This document shows positions 33,338 to 42,950 of a DNA stretch of 64,000 nucleotides, piece by piece. This DNA is from an uncultured Eubacteriales bacterium. Its GTDB lineage: Bacteria; Bacillota; Clostridia; Christensenellales; CAG-138. The stretch is taken from contig UQWD01000008.1 in the NCBI GenBank assembly GCA_900544555.1, positions 14,021 through 78,020 on the forward strand, read 5' to 3'. Both the position numbers and the translations under genes were made by a program. The stretch's first letter is position 1, and each line of letters starts with the position of its first letter. The notes under the pieces were generated by a model, which was not told where the DNA came from, made no database searches, and saw only the letters and a list, made by a program, of their open reading frames with translations.

Positions 33338-33707
33338 TTCTTACGGCCGCAGGGGGCGCGCAAAGTTTTGCCGCCCTCGGCGGCGCTTTTATTTCTTGAA
33401 TATGCTGTTTGCGCTGCAAGTGACGCAATAGCTTAAGTTATCATTTTTTTAAATCATAGCAAAAAACACAGGATCTGATTTTGTCGCTTTAAACTGGCGC
33501 AAATTCAAAGTATAATAAAAACGTATCAGTCGGAATGGTTTTGGTTGATAGGGGTGCTTTTCGCATTTATAGCGGCTATTGTGAAGCGCAGGATAATCGA
33601 TCAGGCGAAGCTAACGCCAAAGAACAAAGTCACGCGTTATAAGGTATCCTGAACAGGCATAACAAAGCTGTCGGCGGCTGGCAATACATAAGGGGTTTGA
33701 ATGGAAA

Positions 33708-34271
33708 ATGCCAAAGCTAAAACATATTAAGGCAACGCTGCTGATTATTTTTATATGGGTGGTATTGTATGTAATCAATATATTTGTGGATCTTATACCG
33801 ACTCTATCCGGCAGAGGCTTTAATCTGATGAATGGAGAATACTATCGCATTATTACATGCGCCTTACTTCATACAGATTTTCTACACCTTTTAGCGAACT
33901 GCCTTGCTTTATATTGGATAGGCTACTACCTCGAATGCAATATTGGGAGCGGAAAATTCCTGTTGTTTGCGCTTGTCGCATATATCGCATCGGAAACCGT
34001 ATTCTTTTCAATATTCAGGGACGCGGAAAACTCGTTTGGCGGCTCATCCATTACGTTTGCGTTAATCGGCTTAATTTTGATACTGCAATTTGCAAAACCC
34101 GTTTTTCCAAAGTTAAAGCTTGGTACGTGGTATGGTAATTGGATAGTTTTTTATAGCGTTCTAGGGAATATTCCAATACTTCCCTTCATGGATTTTTCGA
34201 CCGTGGTCATTCATTTAGTTTCTTTCTCGATAGGCGCGGTATTGGGGATACCCTTTCGCTTTATGATATAA
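33708..34271 (+). CDS. Rhomboid-family intramembrane serine protease (short, about 6 TM)
   Basis: HLLANCLALYWIG (HxxxN); GGSSITFALIG (GxSx); IHLVSFSIGAVLG (H..G..G); in AT-rich DNA. Confidence 0.65.
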   Translation: MPKLKHIKATLLIIFIWVVLYVINIFVDLIPTLSGRGFNLMNGEYYRIITCALLHTDFLHLLANCLALYWIGYYLECNIGSGKFLLFALVAYIASETVFFSIFRDAENSFGGSSITFALIGLILILQFAKPVFPKLKLGTWYGNWIVFYSVLGNIPILPFMDFSTVVIHLVSFSIGAVLGIPFRFMI

Positions 34272-34520
34272 GCGGATGCAGAAGATAATAATCAAGCGTG
34301 AATGTAAATTTATCGTAACCGTTTATCCCGTATTGCCGGTAATTTGTATTTAGGAAATGTTGAAATAATCCGAATGCACGGGCGCTAAACCGGCTAATAT
34401 GTTTATATGAAAACGCTGAATAATTGTTCAAGCTCTATTAGTTAGGGTATTCTGCTAAACCGTCGAATAAGAGATAATATAACTACATAATGCCTAGGAT
34501 TTACGACTAATAATATCTTA

Positions 34521-34690
34521 ATAAAATAAAAAATATATTAATTCGACCAAGTAACGTTTAGCGCCAAATGAGGATATATAAGTGAAATGCTTCTCGGGCG
34601 TGGGGGTAATCAACCTTCTTTTTCCTTTCTTCGTTCTTGATCGCAATGCACATTACTTCATATTCGACAGCCCAACCCCCACGCCCTATA
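34521..34690 (+). ncRNA. Duplicated structured element, copy A (candidate sRNA)
   Basis: Conserved 5' block ATAAAAAATATATTA-TTCGACC..ACGTTT..GATATATA.GTGAA.TGCT. Stem CGGGCGTGGGGG (34595-34606) / CCCCCACGCCC (34676-34686) closes a 69-nt pyrimidine-rich loop. Confidence 0.4.
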
Positions 34691-34926
34691 TGCTATGAAA
34701 ACAGTCAACATGAATCGGCGGTTTTAGCAAAGCTGGAGGCAAAAATCCGAAGCGACTATTAGTTGTTGAATTTTAATAATCGTTTAAATCATACTTGCGT
34801 AAAACAGTAAAAATTCTATTCTTCAATATGCCGGCTAAATACTATTCCAAATCCTAGCAAGTTAAGAGTCTCATCACTACTTATTGTCATAAATTCTGAC
34901 ATAAATCAAATAAATCATACAATTAA

Positions 34927-35090
34927 AAATAAAAAATATATTATTTCGACCGCGTGACGTTTGACGAATAATAGGGATATATGGTGAATGCTACCCGGGC
35001 GTGGGGGAACCAAACATTCCTTCTTTTCTTCCGACAGTACAATACACATCATATCACTTGTTTACAAGCCAGCATACCCCCGCGCCCTAC
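34927..35090 (+). ncRNA. Duplicated structured element, copy B (candidate sRNA)
   Basis: Same 5' block. Stem CCGGGCGTGGGGG (34995-35007) / CCCCCGCGCCC (35076-35086) with a 68-nt loop. One U-A to U-G change relative to copy A. Confidence 0.4.
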
Positions 35091-35489
35091 TTATAAAAGT
35101 CAGCGGACCGGAGCCGATGGCTTAAGCAAGGCGAAGGCACAGAGCGCGCTTACGCGTTTTACCTAAAGATAACGGCTTATCTTTTATCTACACCATACAC
35201 TGGCCAGGCGGCAAGCGATATCTATAAGCTCAACGAATACGCGCCTGTTGAATCAGCCATAGAGGGGTATGCCCGCAATATGGAAAAACCCCGGCTGCGC
35301 CGGGGGTGCGAGTTATAAACCAAACAAAGCACTGTATAGTTGGAACGAAGTCCGCATACACAAAATAAGCTGTTTTTGCGGCAGGCGTGTACGAAACGCG
35401 GTTTGTTTCGTCATTAAGCAGGCGAAGGGTTCATTGACTTGAGACCGCTAGACTTGGCGGCGCTGATAACCGCCAAGGCTAGGGCAGAT

Positions 35490-36677
35490 CTATTTCGCCG
35501 CGTTTTTTAATACCCTTCCGATGCGGTTAAGCGCCTTTTCAAGTAAAGTAGACGGGCAGGCGATGTTAAAGCGGAAGAAGCCCTCGCCTCCTTGGCCGAA
35601 CATACGCCCGTCGTTGGGGAAAACTTGAGCCTCACAATAAAACAGCTGTTCAAGCGTATCCTGGTCAATGCCAATGCCGCCGAAATCCACCCAAAGCAGA
35701 TATGTCCCTTCAAGGGGGTAAACGCGGGCCTGCGGCAAATCCCGGGCAAAAATATCCTCGGCGAGTTTTCTGTTTGAATCGATTACCTCTATGAGCCCGT
35801 CCAACCATTGCCCGCATTCGTTATACGCAATTTCACACGCCCGATAGCCCAGCGCGTTCACGCAGAACAGCGAACTTTTACCCATACTATCGATCATGGC
35901 CTTGCGCCTTTTTGGATCCTGAATGATGATGTTGGACGTATACATCGCGGCCAGATTGAACGTTTTGCTCGGGGCCGTACAGACAGCGCAGTTCTCAGAA
36001 GCCTCGGCCGATACGTTTGCATATACCGTATGATGGTTGCCGGGCATGATAATATCCTGATGGATTTCATCACAAACCACAAAAACGCCGTTTTTGAGGC
36101 ATATTTGACAAATGCGCTCCAGTTCTTCCCTTGTCCAAACGCGCCCGGCGGGGTTGTGCGGATTAGACAGTAATAAGAGCGTATTCCCAGGTTCTGAGGC
36201 GGCTCGCTCCAGCCCCTCGTAATCTATTTCGTAGCTGTCGTTCCTTATGACGAGCGGGTTATCGACCACATGGCGCCCGTTTGCGCGTATAGCGTTCATA
36301 AAGGGAAAATATACCGGCGGCATTACGATAACCCCATCTCCCGGATTTGTGAACGCCTTTACCATTTGGAACAAAGCGGGTACAACGCCGGGGGTTACGA
36401 TGACCCAATCCTTTTCAATCGTATAGTTATGGCGCGTCCCCATCCAACGAACGACCGCCTCATAATAGCTGTTTGTAGCGTGCGTATAGCCCAGTACGGC
36501 GGTATCAAGATAGTTTTTCAACCCCTGAACAATCTCCGGCGCGGGGTAAAAATCCATATCGGCAATGGACATGGGCAGGGCCTCATCGTTCACGGACGGG
36601 TTCTTGCGAAGCATATCATCCCATTTAATCGAACCGGTTCCCGCCCGGTTTATAACCGTTGTAAAATCATATTTCAT
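35490..36677 (-). CDS. patB: PLP-dependent C-S lyase (MalY/PatB family aminotransferase)
   Basis: MKYDFTTVINRAGTGSIKWD N-terminus; start moved to the ATG preceded by AGGATGG. Confidence 0.75.
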   Translation of the reverse strand: MKYDFTTVINRAGTGSIKWDDMLRKNPSVNDEALPMSIADMDFYPAPEIVQGLKNYLDTAVLGYTHATNSYYEAVVRWMGTRHNYTIEKDWVIVTPGVVPALFQMVKAFTNPGDGVIVMPPVYFPFMNAIRANGRHVVDNPLVIRNDSYEIDYEGLERAASEPGNTLLLLSNPHNPAGRVWTREELERICQICLKNGVFVVCDEIHQDIIMPGNHHTVYANVSAEASENCAVCTAPSKTFNLAAMYTSNIIIQDPKRRKAMIDSMGKSSLFCVNALGYRACEIAYNECGQWLDGLIEVIDSNRKLAEDIFARDLPQARVYPLEGTYLLWVDFGGIGIDQDTLEQLFYCEAQVFPNDGRMFGQGGEGFFRFNIACPSTLLEKALNRIGRVLKNAAK

Positions 36678-36953
36678 TTTCGGCAACCATCCTGACAGCA
36701 TATTTCCCGCAATATGACGATAAGCGGGACATAATTGGTTATATAACATACCGGCGTTAAAGTCAATCCCGCTTAGCAGAGCTGTACCCCGCATGCCCGG
36801 GCGTTTATCTATTGTTTCCGTTTTGACGCGGCCGGGGTTAATGGCAATAAAGCATGAGCCGAGCGCTGAGTAAGGCTTAGAAACGCCAAAGGCTCATACC
36901 CGGATACGGCGCGCCTGACGGGAGCTGGTGGTTTTGAATTGAGCGATAGGGGC

Positions 36954-37415
36954 TTAAGCGCGTCCGCCGCCGTTTCGGCGCCCGCCAACGCAGTCAACAA
37001 GCAGATCCACAGCCTCAAAATAACCCTTTATGCCTTTACCGCAGACAGCGCCGATGCAAGCCCCTCGGATAAGGGATACCCGCCTGAATTCCTCCCTCAG
37101 CCCGGGATCTGTAAGATGTACCTCAACGGCGGGTATGCCCACGGCCATAAGCGCGTCGTACAGGGCGACGCTTGTATGCGTATAGGCAGCCGGGTTGATT
37201 ATGATGCCGTCCGCAAGGCCGTATGCGCGCTGAATACGGTCGATGAGCTCGCCTTCATGGTTGCTCTGAAAAAAAGCGGCCTCCGCGCCTGCGCTTAGGC
37301 AATACCGCCGAACCGATTCTATAAGCTCGCCGTAAGAAACGCAACCATAAATATGCGGTTCACGGATGCCGAGCATATTGAGATTAGGCCCATTGAGAAT
37401 CAATATATTCATCAT
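36954..37415 (-). CDS. aroQ: 3-dehydroquinate dehydratase, type II
   Basis: ILILNGPNLNMLGIREP motif. Confidence 0.85.
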   Translation of the reverse strand: MMNILILNGPNLNMLGIREPHIYGCVSYGELIESVRRYCLSAGAEAAFFQSNHEGELIDRIQRAYGLADGIIINPAAYTHTSVALYDALMAVGIPAVEVHLTDPGLREEFRRVSLIRGACIGAVCGKGIKGYFEAVDLLVDCVGGRRNGGGRA

Positions 37416-38622
37416 AAAGCTCCTTTATGGCGCGCGCGGCTAATTCTATTGATTGATTGTTCAGAACAACGCCGTCGGCGACAGCTTGGTAAACGGGCGC
37501 GCGCTCAGCGTACAGGCTGGACAAATCGGTTGAAAGCGGCCGGCCCTTCACAGCCAGCGAAAGGATGTCCCGCTCAATATGGTATACGCGTCCGTTTTGC
37601 TTGAGCTCAGAGGCCGATAGCTTATCGAGTACGGAGCCGCCTCCCGTGGCGATAACCCTTCCGCCATGTTTGGACGCATCCATCAGCGCGGCGCGCTCCA
37701 TTTCCCTGAACGCCGCCTCGCCGTCCTGAGCGAAAATGCGTTCAATCGTTTTTCCTGCGGCGGATTCCACGGCCTCGTCCGAATCCCAGAACTGTCGGCC
37801 GGTGAGCGCCGCGAGCGTGCGCCCAACGCTGGTTTTTCCGCAGCCGGGCATGCCGACCAGCACGATATTCTCCGCCATGCGTTGTACTTTTGACGCCGCA
37901 ATTCTTATCCGTTCTTCCGGCAGCGTCTTGCCTAAAAAAAGCTCCGCCGCGTATTTGGCTTGCGCCGCCAGCATGGGCAGCCCGCCGCAGCGGGGTATGC
38001 CGAGGCTTTCCGCTTGCCGGACAAGCCGCGTGCGAAGCGGGTTGTAAACAAGATCCGCCACGCCGACGCAAAAAGGGAAATCCTCAAGATTGACGGGGCG
38101 CGTACTGTTATCGGGGTACATGCCGGCGGGCGTTGCGTTGATGATGATTTCGCTTTCCCGATTAAGGCTGAGGTTTCCGTAATGGTAAACACCGCCCCTC
38201 GATACGGTGCGTACCCAGGCCGCGCCGCGCGACGCTGCCGCCGCGCTTGCCGACCGCGCCGCGCCACCCGAGCCTAGGATAAGGACTTTTCGGCCTTCCA
38301 TGCGGATATTCGCTCGATCCATCATATAGAGGAACCCGTCATAATCGGTATTATGCCCGGTAATCATACCGTTAGCGCCGTACGTTATAGTATTGACGCA
38401 GCCGGTTCTTTTCGCGGATGGGGCAAGAGAATCACACAACTCATAGACCGTTATCTTGTACGGCATGGTCACGTTCAGTCCGCCAAAGCCGGGCGACCGG
38501 ATAAAATGGGCGATTTCCTCCGGCTCCAACTCAAAAAGCCCGTATTCATACCCGGCCAGAGCGCGGTGAAGCTCCCCGGAAAAGCTATGCTTAAGTTTTC
38601 TGCCTATCAATCCGTATCGCAT
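37384..38622 (-). CDS. aroE: Bifunctional shikimate dehydrogenase / shikimate kinase (AroE-AroK fusion)
   Basis: N-terminal region has NVTMPYK and GSGGAARS. C-terminal region has the P-loop GMPGCGKTSVG and the shikimate kinase fold. Confidence 0.8.
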   Translation of the reverse strand: MRYGLIGRKLKHSFSGELHRALAGYEYGLFELEPEEIAHFIRSPGFGGLNVTMPYKITVYELCDSLAPSAKRTGCVNTITYGANGMITGHNTDYDGFLYMMDRANIRMEGRKVLILGSGGAARSASAAAASRGAAWVRTVSRGGVYHYGNLSLNRESEIIINATPAGMYPDNSTRPVNLEDFPFCVGVADLVYNPLRTRLVRQAESLGIPRCGGLPMLAAQAKYAAELFLGKTLPEERIRIAASKVQRMAENIVLVGMPGCGKTSVGRTLAALTGRQFWDSDEAVESAAGKTIERIFAQDGEAAFREMERAALMDASKHGGRVIATGGGSVLDKLSASELKQNGRVYHIERDILSLAVKGRPLSTDLSSLYAERAPVYQAVADGVVLNNQSIELAARAIKELYDEYIDSQWA

Positions 38623-38933
38623 GCGTTTGCTCCGAATTTCTGCAGGCGCTCCTGATACGCCCGGCTTATCTCGATAAGGGATATAAAGAAACCGCGCGTT
38701 TCATCCGTTAATCCGTCGCCCTGGGCAAGCGCCGCCGTGCGGCGAAGAATATCCTCCTCGCGCGGTTTGCTTTTAATGGGCAGCCCCGATCGCGCCTTTA
38801 ACGCCCCCGCGCGCGCGCATAGCTTCATGCGCTTAATGAATAGGTCTACTAATTGAGTGTCTATTATATCAATCTGTTCCCTTATATCATTCAGTTCCAC
38901 GGTATGAACCCTCCGACATGATGATGAAATCAA
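38607..38933 (-). CDS. Chorismate mutase (AroQ-class)
   Basis: LNDIREQIDIIDTQLVDLFIKRMKL helix-1 motif. The true start is probably internal, because the ORF as listed overlaps aroC by 47 nt. Confidence 0.55.
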   Translation of the reverse strand: MISSSCRRVHTVELNDIREQIDIIDTQLVDLFIKRMKLCARAGALKARSGLPIKSKPREEDILRRTAALAQGDGLTDETRGFFISLIEISRAYQERLQKFGANACDTD

Positions 38934-39990
38934 CCAGCACCGCGGCTAACGCCGCCTCCAGGCAAGGAACGGCGCGCGGTACGATGCATGGATCATGCCT
39001 GCCGCACACTTCAATCTGCGCGCTTTGCATGCGGGATATATCCACGGTTTGCTGCTTTTTGGCAATGGATGGGGTCGGCTTAAAGGCCGCGCGCACGATT
39101 ATCGGCATGCCCGTGGAAATGCCGCCGAGTATGCCCCCGTGGTGATTGGTTTTTGTCATGATTCGCCCGTTATCAACCAAGAACGGATCGTTGTGCTGCG
39201 AGCCGGTCATGTCCGCGGCGGAGACGCCCGAGCCGAACTCCACCCCTTTAACGGCGGGTATGCTTAATATAGCCGCCGCTATTCGGCTCTCCAGCCCGTC
39301 AAAAATGGGATCCCCCAACCCGGGCGGCACGCCTGTTGCACAGCATTCGATAATACCGCCGACCGAATCCCCTTCCGCCTGAGCGCATTGTATCCTTTCC
39401 CGCATGCTTAGGCCCGCGCCGTCGTCCGCTACGGGAAAGGGCTTAGCGGCAATATCAATGAGTGATTGTGGCATAATTTGGCCGGCACAGAGCGACGCGT
39501 CGACCACGCCGGCGATTGAAAGGATGCGCGCGCCGACGTAAACACCGCGCCGGGCGAGAACCTGCTTGAAGATACCGCCCGCGACGCAAAGCGGCGCGGT
39601 CAGCCTTCCTGATAGATGCCCCCCGCCGCGAAAATCCCAGTCCGGCCCGTATTTAACAAGCGCTGTATAATCCGCGTGCCCCGGGCGTGGAGTCGTTTGG
39701 AAGCCGGCGTAATCGTGCGGGCGCGCGTCGCAGTTATTAATGATGGCAGTGAGCGGCGCTCCGCACGTTTTCCCGTTCATCAGGCCGCAAATAAAACGCG
39801 GCATGTCCGGCTCCCTGCGCGGGCTGGAATAACCTTCCAGTCCGGGCGCGCGCCGGGCGAGAAAAGCGTTAAGCTCATCAAAATCAATACGCTCGCCCGC
39901 GGGCAGGCCGTCGATAGTCACGCCCACCGCCTCGCCGTGCGACTGGCCGAACAGCGATATCCTTACGCGCATCCCAAAGCTAGAGGACAT
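38887..39990 (-). CDS. aroC: Chorismate synthase
   Basis: MSSSFGMRVRISLFGQSHGEAVGVTIDG N-terminus; start at the ATG preceded by GGAGG. Confidence 0.85.
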   Translation of the reverse strand: MSSSFGMRVRISLFGQSHGEAVGVTIDGLPAGERIDFDELNAFLARRAPGLEGYSSPRREPDMPRFICGLMNGKTCGAPLTAIINNCDARPHDYAGFQTTPRPGHADYTALVKYGPDWDFRGGGHLSGRLTAPLCVAGGIFKQVLARRGVYVGARILSIAGVVDASLCAGQIMPQSLIDIAAKPFPVADDGAGLSMRERIQCAQAEGDSVGGIIECCATGVPPGLGDPIFDGLESRIAAAILSIPAVKGVEFGSGVSAADMTGSQHNDPFLVDNGRIMTKTNHHGGILGGISTGMPIIVRAAFKPTPSIAKKQQTVDISRMQSAQIEVCGRHDPCIVPRAVPCLEAALAAVLVDFIIMSEGSYRGTE

Positions 39991-41242
39991 ATGCTTTACC
40001 TCCGATTCTTCGATAATCGTCAAAAAACTTCGGATAGGATTTTTCAATCGCATCCGCGCCATTGATGATGATTTCACTCTCGCTCGCGGCCGCGGCGGCC
40101 GCAGCGGCCATTACGATACGGTGATCACCGCGTCCGTCTACATGCCCGCCCTTTATGCGGCCGCAGCCATATATTTCAAGGCGGTCGGGATATGCGCGCG
40201 CGTTTGCGCCTAAACGATTCAACGTATCCTCCATGGCGGACAGCCGATCGCTTTCCTTAAGCCTCAACCCCTCTGCGTTATACAAAACCGTTTTACCCCT
40301 TGCTGCCGCGCCGATTACCGCGAGCGCGGGGAAAAGATCGGGCGCGCCGCTCACGTCGATATCCGCCCCGTGAAGCTGAGCCTGGGCGACTACGGCGCGC
40401 CCGGCCTGCCAATGCGCCTTAGCGCCAAACGCCCGCACAAGTTCTATAATCCGCCTGTCCGGCTGCAATGAAACTTGCGGCAGCCCGGCGCATGCCACGC
40501 TCCCGCTGATTGCGGCCGCGGCGAACAGATACGATGCGCCCGACCAATCTCCCTCAACCCGATACCCGGCGACGGGCAAATACCGCTGCGGCCCCGGTAC
40601 GACAAGCTGCCCTTGCGCCCGTTGAACCTGTACTCCAAAGCGGCGCATTGCGTCAAGGGTTATGTCGACATAACCCGCGGATACCAAGCCTGAATTCAAT
40701 AGGATACGGCTCGGGCCGTTAAGCAGCGGCAGCGACATCACAAGCCCGGATATGTATTGCGAGCTTACGCCGCCCGGCACGATGTAATCGCCGTTCTTCA
40801 AACGGCCGCCTGCGCAAAACGGCAGCGCGTGCCCGCTGAATCGCGCTCCGTTGTCCTCAAGGGCTTTAATAAGCCCGCTTATGGGGCGCGTTGGGAGGCG
40901 GCCGGAACCTGAAAAAACGGCCTTTTCAGCCAGCAGGAGACAGGCGGGAAGAAGGAACCTCAAGGTCGAGCCGCTTTCTCCGCAGACAAGCTCCGCATAT
41001 GGTACGCGCTTCAGGGAGGAAGGGGTAACGCGGCAGCTATCGCCCTCAAAGATAATCGACGCGCCGAGCGCGCGCAGGCACCTAATAGTCGCGGCCACAT
41101 CCGCGCAGCGGCTCAGCCCGTTGATGACCGAGGGCGTTTGGCTCAGCGCCGCCAGGATTAACAGGCGGTGCGATTCGGATTTTGACGGCGGCGCCGTGAA
41201 CCAGCCGCATGTGCTGAACGGCTTGACAGCGACGCATTTCAT
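39980..41242 (-). CDS. aroA: 3-phosphoshikimate 1-carboxyvinyltransferase (EPSP synthase)
   Basis: PPSKSESHRLLILAAL motif. Confidence 0.85.
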   Translation of the reverse strand: MKCVAVKPFSTCGWFTAPPSKSESHRLLILAALSQTPSVINGLSRCADVAATIRCLRALGASIIFEGDSCRVTPSSLKRVPYAELVCGESGSTLRFLLPACLLLAEKAVFSGSGRLPTRPISGLIKALEDNGARFSGHALPFCAGGRLKNGDYIVPGGVSSQYISGLVMSLPLLNGPSRILLNSGLVSAGYVDITLDAMRRFGVQVQRAQGQLVVPGPQRYLPVAGYRVEGDWSGASYLFAAAAISGSVACAGLPQVSLQPDRRIIELVRAFGAKAHWQAGRAVVAQAQLHGADIDVSGAPDLFPALAVIGAAARGKTVLYNAEGLRLKESDRLSAMEDTLNRLGANARAYPDRLEIYGCGRIKGGHVDGRGDHRIVMAAAAAAAASESEIIINGADAIEKSYPKFFDDYRRIGGKAYVL

Positions 41243-42300
41243 GGCTTAGCGCCCATCCGCATAAAATCTAAAAGACGTTCCGCCGGCACGCTGTATAGCA
41301 GACATTCCCCGATCCTTTTCGGGAGCGGAATCGTTATCTCGCCTTTGCTGAGTTTTTTATCGGTCAGCGCGGCCCTGTACAGCGCCTCCGGCTCGTAAGG
41401 CGCATTTATCTCAAGGCCATTGCGGATAAGCGCGTCGCGCAGGCGAATATAGCAGGCTTTTTCACATACGCCCATCTTCCACGCCGCGCGAGCTTCCGCC
41501 GCCATGCCGATGGCGACTGCCTGCCCGTGGCTTATGGAATAACCGCTCAACGCCTCGATCGCGTGGCCGACCGTGTGACCAAGGTTCAGCATCCGCCTGC
41601 CGCCTAAATCGAACTCATCCTCAGCCACAAGCCGGGCCTTTATGCGAACGCACCGTTCAACAAGCGGTATAAAACGTCTATTTTCAGGGAATCCATCCTC
41701 AAACCATCGGAAAAGCTCTTCGTCGGCAATTACGCCGTACTTAATCGCTTCGGCCACGCCGTCCGCGAATACCTGTTCGGGCAGGGTATTGAACGCCTCG
41801 CAATCGCATATGACCAACGTTGGCTGATGAAACGCGCCCGCGAGGTTTTTCCCGGCGTTTAGGTTCACGCCGGTCTTTCCCCCAACGGACGAATCGACGG
41901 CGGCCAGAAGAGTGGTGGGTGCTTGTATATAGCGTATGCCGCGCATATACGCGGACGCCGCGAAGCCCGCAAGATCCCCGGTTACGCCGCCGCCCAGCGC
42001 AAAGACCACGCTATTGCGCGTTGCGCCGATTTCTCCCATAAACTCCAGCAGACCGCAAACCGTGGTTAAGCACTTTTCGCCCTCGCCGCCTTTAAAAACA
42101 TAGCTTAAAACGGTGAACCCCGCTTCTTGAAGAGATTTTGTCACCGCCTGCCCATAAAGCGCGAAAACGCGTCTGTCGCTGACCAGAACCGCCCGGCATG
42201 GTTGAACAAGCCGTTTAACTAATTCGCCCGAGCGGCCAAGAAGCCCTTCGCCGATGAGCACATTATATTTATTTGACGCTTCAACCGATACGGCAATCAT
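41239..42300 (-). CDS. aroB: 3-dehydroquinate synthase
   Basis: GGGVTGDLAGFAASAYMRGIRYIQAPTTLLAAVDSSVGGKTGVN; start at MIAVSV preceded by GGAGG. Confidence 0.85.
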   Translation of the reverse strand: MIAVSVEASNKYNVLIGEGLLGRSGELVKRLVQPCRAVLVSDRRVFALYGQAVTKSLQEAGFTVLSYVFKGGEGEKCLTTVCGLLEFMGEIGATRNSVVFALGGGVTGDLAGFAASAYMRGIRYIQAPTTLLAAVDSSVGGKTGVNLNAGKNLAGAFHQPTLVICDCEAFNTLPEQVFADGVAEAIKYGVIADEELFRWFEDGFPENRRFIPLVERCVRIKARLVAEDEFDLGGRRMLNLGHTVGHAIEALSGYSISHGQAVAIGMAAEARAAWKMGVCEKACYIRLRDALIRNGLEINAPYEPEALYRAALTDKKLSKGEITIPLPKRIGECLLYSVPAERLLDFMRMGAKP

Positions 42301-42339
42301 CCCGCGCCTCCAATTATTCTGCAATAAGCGCCATAGCCA

Positions 42340-42876
42340 TTATAGCGGAAGCGCCATTTCAATCCTTATCTCCTTTTTCTCGGCGTCTTCGTTTGAATAG
42401 GCGGTTAAATCGCAGCCTATCAGCTCAAACCCGCACTTTCTATAGAAGGAAATCGCGGGGTAATTGCAGCTTTGCGTTTCAAGCACGACGGCGCGCGCTT
42501 GAACGCTGTTTGCCTCCCGTACAGCACGCTCCATGAGCGCGCGGCCGATACCCCGGCCCCTATATGCTTCTTCAACAAGGATGTTCGCTATCCGCAGGCG
42601 GTTGTTCCATTTCTCATGGCTCAGCTCCAAATAGCCCGCTATCATATCGCCTATCGCCGCGCCGTATACGATAGGCTCGTCCAACCAATCATCCATCAGC
42701 TTTGATTTAAAGGATTTACGCACCGGCGCGTCAAAATCCTTTTTTACAAACCGGATTTCAAAGCTGCCTTCGGGCAGCTTGCGCGCCTCCGCGTCCAAAT
42801 AGCAATCCGTCACATATTCAAACAAAAGCGTTCTGCCTTTATAGCGTTCATCGAGCCGAACAATACGCGCTTGCAT
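42340..42876 (-). CDS. GNAT family N-acetyltransferase
   Basis: Acetyl-CoA-binding motif RGRGIGRALM. Confidence 0.65.
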   Translation of the reverse strand: MQARIVRLDERYKGRTLLFEYVTDCYLDAEARKLPEGSFEIRFVKKDFDAPVRKSFKSKLMDDWLDEPIVYGAAIGDMIAGYLELSHEKWNNRLRIANILVEEAYRGRGIGRALMERAVREANSVQARAVVLETQSCNYPAISFYRKCGFELIGCDLTAYSNEDAEKKEIRIEMALPL

Positions 42877-42950
42877 AAAATATCCTTTCCGGCGGCCGCC
42901 CTTTAGGGGCCGCGTTGCGGATTCGCTCCGCCTTATGCTATCATAATGCA

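Noticed and set aside
34581-35100. Short conserved peptide ML(L/P)GRGG... starting in both duplicated elements
   Set aside because: No Shine-Dalgarno sequence at a proper distance. The frames diverge after about 12 codons (17 versus 45 aa), so the conservation is better explained by the RNA stem.
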